A stretch of 64,000 nucleotides of DNA from Ptychomitrium polyphyllum. Its lineage: Eukaryota. Position numbers and translations under genes: made by a program. Positions 43,810-56,760 of this stretch are shown piece after piece. The notes beneath the pieces are model-generated. The model was not told the origin of the DNA and did no database searches. It saw only the letters and a program-made list of their open reading frames with translations. Each line of letters begins with the position of its first letter. The stretch's first letter is position 1. The DNA is taken from contig OZ316776.1 of assembly GCA_973851085.1 (NCBI GenBank), forward strand, positions 15,438,001-15,502,000, given 5' to 3'.

Positions 43810-45616
43810 CCTCGTGACGAGGAGGGGCTCCCAATTCAGGGGCTAAAGATTCTCGTTAAAACTAACTCTACTGATACAAATTCTGTAAACCAAGGACAAA
43901 ACTGACCATCTAACTGGAGAGATAGCATGCTAGAAACTTGAGTCATCTTTCCCCATCAAGGACCTGCAAATTCACAAATTACTTCCTGGCTATGGAGAAA
44001 ATTTGCTTCCAAACTTCGGAACCTGCTCTACCCAAATCTTGGAAAATCTCCCAAGATTGCAAAAAACGATTCCTCGAGCTTGTCAAGAGTTCCGACGCTT
44101 CGCCTTCAAAGGGTAATCTCCTAAGGGTCGCACAGAGAAAATCGAAAGACAGAGTCGTGGACAGGTCCTACTCCACTACACAACCTCCGAAGGAATGACA
44201 GCGGAGCGGATCCCCACCCGTAGAGACGGTCAATCAGGTCATGACCGGTTTCGTGAAAAATTGTAAGCCAAGTAACCTCACAGACTATGAAGTCTAGATC
44301 ATCACGTCACATCTCACGTAACCAAATCGATCTGGCCGAGAATCTCCGGAGATTCTTGTAAATTCTGGTAGTCAGAAACTCAAGCTCGGTGAAAATCGAC
44401 ACAATTGACTCAAATTCCAACCGTAATAAAAATCTCGTTCAGGATTCAGGCGAGATTCCCTCAAGGATTCCGGAAGAAGCTCATCAGTGTGTGATCATCA
44501 CTTTCGAAAAGGCGCAGTGAGTTCGAAGCTTTCCTCTTTCGTGCAAGATCCATGAGCCTAAAGTAAAGACATGATTCCTGCCCCGCCTGAAAATTCGACA
44601 CTTACACAGCCTTACAATATATTATAGGACAGTTGTAGTGTCGACATGGCCCCACTCTCTCCCAATTATGTGGCATCGAAACTTTCACGACCCCACCACC
44701 GTTTCATCCAGACTGTACTTTTCTTTTGGCTGGCGTACCACCGTAGTTTAACGAAATAATACCATTTCTTATAACGTATCCATTCCGTATATCTTTGAAT
44801 GCTCACCAGTTACGACTGCTCGGCAACAGCCGCCTGTTTTGCCTTGATAGTGCATCATTCGACAGCCGCCTGTGTTGCATGCATACCTTCATTAAAAGGA
44901 TGCCCTGATCTTCTCAATAAGTGACTACAAAGTGTACAAGAACATGTCCCTCGTGGACCCAAACACAATGCATAGCTGATAAAAAATCACGCCATACTCC
45001 TCGACGTTCTTCACAGTGGCATATTGTGACAAAAGCATACCGTCGATGCAGCGGCAGCTAAGGATACACATTTCTTTAGAGACCCTGTAATTCATTGTCA
45101 TAGGCACAAAACAATAATGTAACCCAAATATACATACAATTGCAGAAAGATGACGATCAAAAATCTGAACCGAAATTTTAAAATGACAGATCGACCTAAA
45201 AAAATGTTCAGCGTCTTGAGAATACATAGTACTCACAGTACTGATGGCAAGCTGCGGAGAAACACATTATACCTTTAAACCCCATCACAATTTCCAAAAC
45301 TGAGTCAGTTGAGATGCGCAAGGGAATTGTAAAAAGATAACAGAAAATTATATGCAGATCTGAACGAATGCTTCAACACTGCACCTCACTACAGTAGCAG
45401 CACCAATCAATGTGCATTAGTAACATCGCCGGTAATGCAACTAATCTAGCTAATCAATTTCTTTCTTGCTCCTCCAAGGTCAAACGAGATAACAGCGAAA
45501 CACATCGAAGCAATTGAAGAACACTGAGGCCGGATATTAACGTCTGGTAGCGGATCCCATAAAGGGAAGGCAAAATAATCTTATGATAAACGAATAGTAT
45601 TACATCATGCGACGGA

Positions 45617-46564
45617 TCATGTAGGACTCACAAGAGTAATGTAGGAAGGAAGGTCCTGAACACGATCTATATCTTCCAATGCCAATTCTTTTTCGAGCTG
45701 TTTCCGAGTCGCTTGCAGAACAGCATTGAACTCCATATAGGAAGCCCCTTGTGCTAACCACTGTGCATCCAGCAATTGGAACGCTACACAATACAGCAGG
45801 TCAAATGAATTTTCATCCATAGACAACGTGTTCAAAAATGATGCCGCTGAAGGCGAACTAGGCTTTGCTGCACGAAGATCGAGCAGTTGTATGAGCATGA
45901 AGGTGATGTTGAGTCCTGCGACTGCAAATGGATACTCCCATTCCGCTCTCTTTCCTTCTGCTTTATGCAGGAGTTTCTGGAACACTACTGGGAATCTGCA
46001 GGCAAAAAAGAGTAGGTTCTCTAGTGAGATGAATCCTCCTCCCCTGAAGTCAGTCGAAGGATCATTACCTTGCCAGCCCATATCCTTCCACTGTGGTGAT
46101 ATAAGTCCCGGCATGGCTCTTTCTGGAAACGACGCCTGCCACAGAGCTTTCAAAGCATCCTGATGCTCCGGCAAAGTCCCATCGAAGGGTATGGCCAAAC
46201 GCTGCTGCAGCTTCTCTAACCGACCTACCAGCACAGGCGAGAAACAACACTCGGACTTGTTGGAGCCATTCACTTGACGGCCAAGCACTGCCATGAATAG
46301 GTTGCTGCCTACTCTAAAACCACCCGCCAGCACCACCGCGAAGAACCATTGCACCCACTGCGCGAGCAGTTTGGAGACATTATGTGCCCACACAAGCTCC
46401 TCCCTCTTCTTCGTCTCCCTCCACTCATCATCATCGTCACTGCTGCGCTGCCCTAGCAGAGGCTCGCTTAAACCTCCAACCGCGGACGACTCCTCTCGGT
46501 CATACCTTCGCCCTCCAGCATCTTCATGGTGTGCTCTCCTCCGCAACGCCCCTGCTGAATTCAT
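45617..46564 (-). CDS. ELMO/CED-12 domain protein (ELMOD family ARF/ARL GAP), single coding exon, 315 aa
   Basis: Uninterrupted ORF with ELMOD signature motifs WKDMGWQGNDPSTDFRGGGFISLENL (GAP arginine in DFRG), WEYPFAVAGLNITF and ASYMEFN. Confidence 0.95.
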   Translation of the reverse strand: MNSAGALRRRAHHEDAGGRRYDREESSAVGGLSEPLLGQRSSDDDDEWRETKKREELVWAHNVSKLLAQWVQWFFAVVLAGGFRVGSNLFMAVLGRQVNGSNKSECCFSPVLVGRLEKLQQRLAIPFDGTLPEHQDALKALWQASFPERAMPGLISPQWKDMGWQGNDPSTDFRGGGFISLENLLFFACRFPVVFQKLLHKAEGKRAEWEYPFAVAGLNITFMLIQLLDLRAAKPSSPSAASFLNTLSMDENSFDLLYCVAFQLLDAQWLAQGASYMEFNAVLQATRKQLEKELALEDIDRVQDLPSYITLVSPT

Positions 46565-46887
46565 CGCCCTTCCTCGTTTGATAAATTGCCTTCACCTTTA
46601 TTCTCAACCGAAAACCACAACAATCCACTCTTTCTCAAAACCCATAAATCGAAAGCAGTCGATCGCCTTTTAAGACAAGATCGAGACGGTAAAAAATAAT
46701 CCATCCATCCATTCACATCCAACTTACAGCAGAAAACGAACTGCGTCTTCCTCGTCGATCTGCTTACGTCAAAGCACCACCAAATGCACCAAACTCCAAA
46801 CGACCACATGACAGATCATGTGCTCACTCTCGCTATTTACTACGACAACCATCCAAAGGCAGAGTTAGGGTATGACACATGGGTTTT

Positions 46888-47043
46888 TCATTCTTCCAAA
46901 CCTGTAGTCAGGATGGAGCACAGCTTAGGTCGGGTGCCAGTGGACCGAAACCGGCGCTTGGCAATGACCACGAAGTCCTCCTCCTTGCAGTCCACCACCT
47001 GCACCCCGTCAACTCTGCAGCACGAGAGAGGCTGGAACACCAT
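46888..47043 (-). CDS. Putative upstream ORF in the ELMOD leader (51 aa from ATG 47043; 60 aa from GTG 47070)
   Basis: MVFQPLSCCRVDGVQVVDCKEEDFVVIAKRRFRSTGTRPKLCSILTTGLEE*, same strand as ELMOD, stopping 323 nt before its ATG and downstream of promoter-like motifs at 47326-47570. Confidence 0.55.
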   Translation of the reverse strand: MVFQPLSCCRVDGVQVVDCKEEDFVVIAKRRFRSTGTRPKLCSILTTGLEE

Positions 47044-47325
47044 CTTCTGCTCCCAATCACCACCGCACACGAGATCTCTCCGCCATCACCACCCTTGCAA
47101 ACCCTAGAATCCAAACCCCAACGTCCGTCAGGCTCTTTGCTAGAGGCAGAAAAGACAGTCAGTGCAACGAGTGTGTGCAGAAAAGTGTGGAGAAAAAAGT
47201 GTGGTTTGAAAGTGAAAGGGTCCTGCACCGGCGACGCAGTCACATGACGGCGTAGGGGTATGTAAGGGTGCAGATCGCATGGGTGCTCCTGAGAGCTCCT
47301 GAGGAAACTGGCCATGGTGGGATCG

Positions 47326-47570
47326 AAACCCTAATGCAAGGTAAGGGCTGAGTGAACGATGACGAGATGGCAACCCTAATTGAAGTTGCATGCTTATCAT
47401 GTCTCATAAGCATATTCAGGTTCACTTCAGTGACCGGTAAGCACTCATGGTGGCTTTCAAGGGACTCGGGGTGACTGCGAATGGCAGTACTCCCAACTGT
47501 GGTCCACGTCAGACGAGTGGCGGGGCCCATAGTTGCGGTCCACGTCAGACGATAGATGGGGCCCACGTGG
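47326..47570 (-). promoter_or_regulatory. Probable ELMOD promoter: telo-box plus duplicated ACGT-box/TCP-site module
   Basis: AAACCCTAA at 47326-47334. ggtccacgtcagacga at 47501 and 47537 and ggggccca at 47522 and 47558 (36-bp period), ending in CCACGTGG. Lies at the boundary between GC-rich and AT-rich DNA. Confidence 0.5.
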
Positions 47571-49703
47571 TGGTCCCTGGCTTGTTGCGGTTTCGATCCA
47601 GGTCTCTAAAACCTTCTTTATTTATTTTGTTTTAAAACGATTATTGTAAGTTACATAGAGAAAAAAATTGCATAAGCACAACATTTAAATCTGAATTTTT
47701 TTTCAAATAATGGAAGTCTTGCACTTTACTTGATTGTACTCTATGATTTTCCTCCTCTCGTTGTATGACTAATTGTTTTGTTCTTTTGGAAATAATTTGA
47801 ATCAAAACACAATCAAATTTTTAATTCAATGGAGATTTTATTTTTTTGGTTGTTTTATTTATTAGACTATTTCATTTCCAAGTCCAAATAAATCATCCAA
47901 AATAAAACTTCAACTTTAGATGAAAAATATACAACTTTTAAAAGTAAGGTATATTAAACATTGTAGTTCTATGAACTAAGTAATTTATTACTTTTAATCA
48001 TATATTTTTGAATTATAAAGCATTTAAAAACCAATAATGAATTTTTATAAAAGGTTCTCAAATGATTAAAGAAATTCCATATTACGAATGTATTATAAAT
48101 TAGATTTGAAGAATAATGATATTAAATTTCTGAAGTCTTAAATTCTTAATATAATAGAATAAAATAAATCTACTTGAATACAATGTTTACAATCATTCAT
48201 TTATAATTTAATCTTTCTATCTACTATCTTCATTGGTATTTATCATGCTAAATTTAAAACAAATATTTACCTTTGTTTTACATGCATTAGCTTCAAAATA
48301 TACACATATTAAATATAAAAATGAAACTTTTTTGATACAATATTATTTAGTTTGAAAATATTATATTTGAATTTTTTTTTTAATCAAATTAGATAGCAAC
48401 GTACTTTAATAGGAATAAAAATGTTATAAATTCCAATTAACTTTGCCTATATAAATTGGAAGGCCTAAACACAATAAAAATTAAGGCTATTGAGATGATT
48501 TTATTGACAAAAGAAATAAATTATTCATCACTTTGGTATTCATTTTGAAAGCAATATACGTATACATTTATAAATATATATAAGTTTTATATAATTTTAT
48601 ATGTAATTATATACGTTCATTTAATTTTTTTCAAATTCAATTTGAATTAGGAATGGTTGATACATAAAATATATACTTTTTGTAATTGACAAAGTATTTC
48701 AAATTTTCAACAAATCCAATATATATTGTGAGAACGTGCTTGGAATATAATTAACAAGGACATACATTACAACATAGCCTAGAAGAACCTTCAAAGGTCT
48801 TGAAATAGTTTCCAATAACCTTTAAGAATATTTTAATAATTTCAAGTAGCTCCTTGGAAGCTATTTCTAAAGATTATTTCATGTCTAATTCCTTATTTCT
48901 TGTGTTTACAATAGTAATAAAAAATAATACTTTATTTTATCTAATTTTTGTACTTTTATTGATCTATTCCTCTATCAACTTAAGATATAATATATAAAGC
49001 CTAAAATGACCAAGCTTAAGATTTTCTAAATATGAATACAAATGCTACTATTTGTTAATACTTACAAAGAATGAAATTGCACATTCAAATACATGGAGGT
49101 TTTAAAAATGATGTTTTAAAGCAAGATTTATTATCCAATATAGAATACTAATTTAATGTGAAGATAACATTAAATAATAGATATGAAGAATATATGAATA
49201 ATTTATGTCTTGCTTATATTTAGAGTCAAAGGCTTGGATTTCAAATATGTAGAAGGTTATCACTATTAGTGAACATTCATACATCTTAATTGAATTTATA
49301 TCAAGTAGAATATGTTCCAATTTAAATAAAATTTTATGTATAAGAAATCTACTTAACTTCTCATATGTTAAGTATAAATAGTATGTGTAGAATTGAAAGA
49401 AATTTGTTTTAGCTTTTACATTAGCAACTTCCTTAAATATATATTTAAATTTTCAACACTTCCAATTATGTATGCACTATTGCACATTATAGGAACTTTA
49501 ACTCAATAAGAATTCCAAAAATTATGTGTAATTAACTAAATTCATTAATGCATCAAAGTTTTATTAAAATATTTAATCAACTCCTTTAGTTTTATTGGTA
49601 TCTGGAACGGATATAGATTATGCAACATAGATTTTAGAACCTTTTAAAATCTTATGGTATATTGTAGTAGTTTCTTAGAATACTTTTAATGCTTTCATAG
49701 CTG

Positions 49704-49834
49704 TTTCCATCTCTTTGGAAAACTTTCTAATAAGATTCCACCTCTTGGAAAGCTTCTACAGAAGGTTCCATCGCCATAGGAAACTTCCTAAGAAGGTTCC
49801 ATCATCTTGACAAATTTCCTAAAAAAAATTCCAT
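49704..49834. repeat. Degenerate ~31-bp tandem repeat (4+ copies), possibly a decayed LTR fragment
   Basis: Units beginning (g/a/t)ttcca and ending ...aag at 49704, 49735, 49765, 49796 and 49828, followed by a TATAAATA near 49907. The LTR origin is inference only. Confidence 0.5.
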
Positions 49835-50790
49835 AGACTTCTAGAACATTCTTAATCTTCATGAGAAGCTTATTTAGAAGTATTATAGGAAATACAAGCA
49901 TCATAGTATAAATAAGAGGCAAGACAAAGGTATACCTTAGTTTTGCCAACAAAAGTTGTGAATCATATTGTATCCTCCCTTGCTTTAGTCTTTGTATCAA
50001 TTCTTGTTAATCATTAGCTCTTTGAAAGTTAATTCTTGGAAAACACTTTGTCTTTTTATTTCTTGTATCCATACCAATAGTACATTGGCAAATGACATCA
50101 ACTTGTTTTATAGAATTTAAACAAAATCATTAGGCTTCACCTTTAAAATGCTTATAGAGTTATTGAATTAACTTTCAATAAAGTCATTCATGTAAATCAA
50201 CCACCAAACTTGTTTTAAGAATTTGACAAAAATTTGTAGTGGATGAGCTTTTTGCTACCACAAAATTTCAATCCACAACAACAAGTTTTTTTCTCCACAA
50301 TTATATTTTCAAGCTAAAGGCTTGCATAACCACCACAAGTTGTGCATTTGTGCACTTCATGGTAATTCACCCAATTATAATCATATACCTTTTTAGCAAC
50401 AATGATACCCCACAATATTACGTATAATCTTCTTTCCTTACATATCTCTGAGTCATCCAACATTACAATTACAAATTCAAATATAAATTTAGCCAAAATG
50501 AGCTAAGGTACATAGGAACTAATACAACACCTCCAAAATTTGGATGGAATCTCTACAATCCACAAACTACCATTTTAATTTTACACATTCCTTACATCCA
50601 AACCATGGCACTTAAAAAACCTCACATAGTTATATTTCACTATAGTTCCTCAACAAACACTTTCTATAAACCTTTGCACTTACTTAATTGATGCCTATGG
50701 AAACTTTGTGGAAACTTTTGCAAAAATTATTTGCACATAGTAAACATGATCTGCATCTAGAATGGTTCAACTTCTTCTACTCAACAAGTT

Positions 50791-50883
50791 GTGAAGGAAA
50801 CATACATAAGATATAATGTGGTGAAGGAAACATACGTGAAGTATATTGTGGTGAAGGAAACATACGTAAAGTATATTGTGGTG
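50791..50883. repeat. Tandem repeat, 30-bp unit, 3 copies
   Basis: gtgaaggaaacatac...tatattgtg at 50791, 50821 and 50851. Confidence 0.92.
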
Positions 50884-51835
50884 TAGATGTGGAGCTCTGG
50901 GGACGTTTCCGTGTTGGTTGAATGAGTGACTGAATGAATGCCACACTCGGCATCATAAGAACGGCGCTCCCCCAAGTCACACTAATACCAGCACACACCC
51001 TGGGCAGGCTGTAAGTCTGCTCAACATGGCATGCATGTATGGCAATGCTTCCAGGTAGCAACCTCAAGGGAACATCTCTGTTCATTGAATTCCTGTTCAC
51101 TGGGTACCGAAGGACACATAGCAGGAGAAAAGAGAGAATCTTGACAGGCAGGCTGTCTAAAACTTTTGCCTTGGGGAGGGGAAGATCATCATTTTCATAT
51201 CATTTTCATTTCCCTTCATTTCATCACCGGCTTGTTGTCCCTGGTTCTCTCTAGCATTGTGGAAGTGGAGGAGTTTGAGCTTCGACTGTGGCATCGTTGC
51301 TTTCCCGGGTCAGTTGAGTGGAGTGGGTGTGATGTGAATGGGATTTGTCACACATCAAGTTGTGTTTTCTTTTTTGGTTTTGGTTTTGGTGTTGGTTTTA
51401 GTTTTGGTTTTTGTGTAGGTATTTCATCTGAGTGCTTTTGGAAGGAAGAAGTCCAGCTTAAAGGTGAAAGCTTCGCCTTCAAGCAGAGTTGTGGTGTCAG
51501 GTTGTGCTGCTTTGCGGCACTGAGGATCATCGTCCGTCTGTGAGCTTCTTTTGTGTTTTTCCTTTTCCAAAAAGGTAGTGTTTGAGGGTTGTGGTGAATG
51601 GGGTTCTTCAGTGATGATCATGAGATTGAGGAAGCTCGACGCTGACATGTTGGTTGGTGATGGGATCCGTGCTTTTTTCGCATTGGGTTTGTGTGACTTG
51701 GTCCTTGTTTTTAAAGTTTCGTTTTAGTGGTGAGCTTTGGAGAAGGGCTTCACTTATGTTCGAGTTTTAGTAGCCTCTAGCCTTAACGATTTCTGGATAT
51801 TTGCAATGCGGTTAAGCTGTCTGTGGTTGAGTGAA

Positions 51836-51859
51836 AGAGAGAGAGAGAGAGACAGAGAG
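51836..51859. repeat. (GA)n microsatellite
   Basis: agagagagagagagagacagagag seen directly, upstream of the RING-CH gene. Confidence 0.8.
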
Positions 51860-53469
51860 TGAGGAAGAGAGAGTTTGCGGTTCGTTTTGTTGGCCTGAAC
51901 TGCGGAGGGAGCTTGTAACGTGGAGGTGTGGATGTTTGCCAAGTTGGTTGGGGATCAATCAACTGTTGATCTTCTGGAACCTCGAGTAGGTCTCTTTTAA
52001 TAATAAAATCTCGGAAATGGCAGCTTGTGTGCTGAGTCGAAGCGATCTAGGTTCACATCTTCGTTGGGAAATTGGAGGCTTCCATTGTAAAGTTTCTTCT
52101 GTTGTTGGGCACCCACAGAATGTCTCAGCTGATGCAATTGAGGGAAGGGTACTTTGGTGCCAATGCGGATCTAGTGGGTTAATGTGAGGAGCCTCAAAAG
52201 CAATAATGCTCAGGCATGCAAAGATTCTCTTCAGGATTCTCGGTTCTTGTCGTTACAGAGCTTTTAGTTGAACAGGGTACTCTAGTGAGGAAGATCCCGT
52301 TTTGAGAGGCGAAGTTGATGGCAAGTTGCAAATATGTGAACACGCCATGGTTATGGGTTTTAGGTTTCTCAATAAACGTTGGGTTGGCCTCGGATGGAAC
52401 ATGTAGAGCTTTGCAGATTGAGACCAGTTACTTCCCTGGTGTTCCTATTTGACTTGGGAATATTGTTGCTTCGCTGTGCTGGATTTACTGTAATAGTTGC
52501 TTGATATTTAGGTGCCCATTAATCCATCCTTTATTCTTCGTCAGTGACCTCAGGAACTGCATTCTGAAACCTTGAAGGGGATCCTAACCTAAAGAGGAAT
52601 CCTGCATGGCAACAAGAGTGTGTGACTGAGTCACAGGAAGCCCATTGATATTGTCGTATTTAAGTTACGGTGCAGGTTCACGAGTGTGCCTGTGAATTTT
52701 GAGTCGGTATGTTTTGGAGCTGATTCATTTTCTCGCATTTTGGGGCACTACCTTGCCAGCATTCGGTAATATATACATGTTGAAATTGGGCTGGCATGTG
52801 AGAATACATGCCCAGCAATTGGAAGAAAAAGTCCTTCGCACTCCTTCAAAAGTATGCCACTTCAGTGTTGAGTTTTTTAGGTCACAGCTTCATTGACGTC
52901 TTCCTCGGCACTTTTAAGGTCCGATACCGAGCCTGTGAGAGCTCGGTCGTGTTCAGGGTAGAACAGCAGGGACACAGGATACTTTGTTTTGTTGTTGCCC
53001 ATGGAGATGAGATGGAGCTAACTGACAGCATATCACCATTAATAGTATATTTAAACCACTTTCACTATGTATTTAATTTGTATGTAAGCATAATAAGACC
53101 ATTGACAAATGTGCTGCAGCTTTTGCACTCACACGGAGACTAAATTAGAAGCTAGGTTTTGGTTTCGCTTTAGAAACGTTGTTCGTGCATTTTATGTGAA
53201 CATTTTCGTGTGGAATGGAAGTCTTCGGTGCATAATGTGTTGGGCATCAATTAACCTGTATCGAGTTCTGATTTGTCGTGGTTTGCTGTTGTAGAATTTT
53301 GAAGAATCTATCGGATGGTGAAGATTCGTTCGTAATCATATGCATTCATGTGGGCATTCAGAAAGAGAAACAGAGAGCAGTTCTCCTAACATTTTCTGTA
53401 CCCATTTCCTTTGGGACAACGGTATCAATCATATTATGGGATCTTTAGGTCTTTAATACACCCGAGAAA

Positions 53470-55419
53470 ATGTCTCTAAGAGGAGAAGACGATGAACCCT
53501 CCGATATTGTAGAAAGCTCTAAAGACACTGAGCCTCTTTTGCCAGTGGATCATTTAAAGGACAAGAATCAAACGTCCTCAAATGAAAGAAGTACAATGCC
53601 ACTTGAGGATGTCCTTCTCGTTCAAATACACAGAGCTGGAACTTCTAAAGGCGGAGAAATTGATGAGTTTACGTCGGATCCTCCTCAGTGCCGTATATGC
53701 CTCGACTCTGAAGGTATGTCATCATTGAGCTTGCAGTAAATGTATGTTGCAGCTGATCAGTTCAATAGACACTGCTCTAAATCCAGGTTATAAAGATTCT
53801 AGGGTAGGTTCCTAAAAGAGGTAGTTGGCATGTACTTTTCCAATAGATATATGTACTTATGCATAGTGGATTGACAATGTGTGATCTTTCGTTCAGGGGA
53901 TGAAGAGTTGATTGCTCCCTGTCGATGCAAAGGGACACAGAAGTATGTTCATAGATCTTGCCTTGACCATTGGAGAGCTGTGAAGGTGATACACTTACCC
54001 AACTTGTCTGTCCTTTGCACTAATATCAAAAATTGGCAGAGGCTTTGCTTACATGAAAAATGGGCAGTTCTCCAGTTTAGATGGAAAGCCCGGAGGAACA
54101 CTATGTGCGGTTCACCTGGGGTTCACTCTAGATTGGACGTCCCCCCTAAACTATGGTGTTGCCGTACATGATATTCCATGGATTACTTGTGTATGGTGGC
54201 AGCTAGAATAACGTGTTAGTCTGCATTTTACAAAATTTGATTAGAGCACTAATTTCACTCGTCCTTATGCATTTCTGTAGGAGGGCTTTGCGTTTGCGCA
54301 TTGTACAGAATGTAGGACTATGTTTCATCTTCGGGCAAACATGCCTGCAGAACGCTGGTGGTTACGACTCAAGTTCAAACTTCTTGTTATCAGAGATCAT
54401 GCAGTGCTTTTCATTGTCGTTCAGCTGGTCAGAACAGCCTTAACCATTTGTTATACACCTAATTCACTTTTGGTTTCCGGGCTGTTGTTGCTTAGTCTAT
54501 GCCTGCTCCTGTAATTGATGTCAATAATCTCAACCTAATGGCGCTAGTAATGATTTTTGTAAGCATATCAATATCAGGTCTTAATAAATTGAAGTTTTTC
54601 AGTTTTTTCCTTTTTCCTTATTCAATCTGCATAACCTGTTCTCATCATCGTGTTGTTTACTTCCGTATTGAATCTGGGTTAATCTGTGCTGTTGTGAAAC
54701 AGGTGGTTGCTTCGTTGGCCATGCTTGTCTACTCAATGTATGGGGACCAGCTCATAGAAATGTTTGGCTACGAACAATACCCTGTCGGCTTCTACCCTTT
54801 AGCAAGTAATGCGAGTGAAATCTCAATAGTGTATTTTTAAAGCCCGTACTATTTGTTGCAATTTATTGTTTGTTTAGTAGCTCGAATAGTAAGTACTTGT
54901 CAAAATGAGATCTCGTTTGAAGAGTTTATTGTGAAAGAGAGAGTTGAACAACACTATAGCTTTCTTTCTCAACAGATTTAATTGAAAGTGTATATTGGAA
55001 ATCCTCGCTTGCAGTCTCTGTTAGTGTGCTGGTGGGGTTGCTGTACGGCTTCTTCATTGCAATAATATGCGGGCAGCGGATAAGTAATCGGCACCATCAC
55101 ATTCTTGCCAAACAGGAACTCACCAAGGTATGCATTTGTGGTTTGATTTTCCAGGTGTGTGACATTTGAATGTCGCTTAGATACATCATACATTTAAGTT
55201 TTTGTTGAATGGTCCTTGTGCTGATGTTTGATCGTCCTGTTTTAATATTCTGCCATTGTCGAAATGTAGCCTCTGATCGCTCCTCCTGTCCTTTTGTAGG
55301 AGTATGTCGTTGAGAACCTGACTGAGGATGAGGAAGCCCCTCGTTTGGACAAAGCACATGTTAGCGAACTGCAAATGCTAGGCCTCTACCATGATGAGGA
55401 CGACGTGCCTGAATCATGA
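53470..55419 (+). CDS. RING-CH (RINGv/MARCH-type) membrane E3 ubiquitin ligase, 6 exons, ~271 aa
   Basis: Exons 53470-53713, 53897-53985, 54281-54427, 54703-54805, 55015-55127 and 55300-55419 (816 nt, in frame). C4HC3 pattern CRIC...PCRCKGTQKYVHRSCLDHW...CTEC, two hydrophobic segments, then HHILAKQELTKEYVV. Confidence 0.93.
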
Positions 55420-56760
55420 GCGGCTCACTCAGTTGTCAATACTTGGCAGCGTAGCAGTTCCAAGTCATCTATCGACGTAGAAAAGGAAGGGTGTGGTGAC
55501 TAGCTTCATCAGATTGAACACCATTGAAATTGTAGTAGTTTTGTCTATAACCTCTGTACAGATTCCATACCATTCGATCGACACAATTTTTTCAAGATCA
55601 CTGCCAGTCTCAAATACCTCGTAGTGGCTACAATCCCTGAAGTGGGTGCACTAAGTTTCACCTAATGCTCCTGCAACACGAGTTCTTCCAGAAGTACTTG
55701 TGTGCAGTTGAACATTCTACAATGGTGTCTGATCAAACAGACTGCTTCCCAAAGTGAGTGATGCGTGAGCAGATTTGAAGCTCCTCATCAGGTGACGGAG
55801 AAGCGCACAAGTTGTAGTGTTTCAACGGTTATGACAGGAGAATAAAGATCATGGCTTATATTTACTTGTAATAAGCTGTCCAGACAGTACTGACACACTC
55901 GGAGTTATACTTCATAAATTTTTGTATTTATCCTCTGTTGGCAGTAAATGCTACTATCTCCACATTTTTGCGACCACATTATTTTGTTCACTCACCAAGG
56001 ATTTGAAATTGCGTGTGTTCTTTCTTGATGAGTTCTCACGCATTTGAAGAGCTTTGGTGCTTTGATGTGCCAGGCAACACGACAGGTTTGGACTGATTAT
56101 AGGACTTATCGATCTTTCGGAGGGCCTTATTCTCCTGCAACTAGGAATGTTACTTCAACATAGACGATGGATCCAATAAGAACAGGTGCGAAATTCCCGC
56201 ATTAACCTTGTCGTTTAAGGTCATTGTTTAATCGGTGATCAGTGGAAGGCTTTGGAGTCTAAACGCCTTACCATGTCATCATAGACGTATGCTTCGAAAC
56301 CAACTGCAGTTGGCAAGTCGCCGTTGATGTTACTGCATACAGAGGACGGCATTCGTGTTCTGTAGTATTGTACCTATGCAAACTGATGATCCAGCAGAGG
56401 GACGTGTGTTCCATGTTGGTGGTTACGATCCCTCTTGGGATCGATAGCATCTTGTCTGAAGGGCTACAACCTCTTTGGATTGTCCTTGCGCGTATGAAGG
56501 GTCGCCTGTCTCTTCGTCTACCCAAGCAAGCCTCAGGACCGTCGGGGTAGGCAGAGTGATTTCAGGCAACTCAAGCAAACTGAAGAGTTTGAGAGTTCCG
56601 GGGCTGGTTGGAGTTAAAGGTCAGCTTTGAACCCTGTGGCACAATTCTTCCCTCCTAGTCAGGTTAGTTGAGGAGGCACTAACTGGGAGGCCAGTTGAGA
56701 AGAAAGTAACAGTGCAGCCTTTCAGACAGAGAAGGGAATTAAAGAAAGGCATATTCCACA

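Noticed and set aside
46820..46831. 12-nt match to miR156 (gtgctcactctc) in the ELMOD leader
   Set aside because: Only 12 nt, no hairpin partner, and on the ELMOD mRNA it has the same sense as the miRNA, so it is neither a precursor nor a target site.
46908..47315. 135-aa minus-strand ORF overlapping the ELMOD uORF
   Set aside because: No recognisable features and its ATG lies next to the promoter-like motifs; the overlapping 46888-47070 frame is the better candidate. Not fully excluded.
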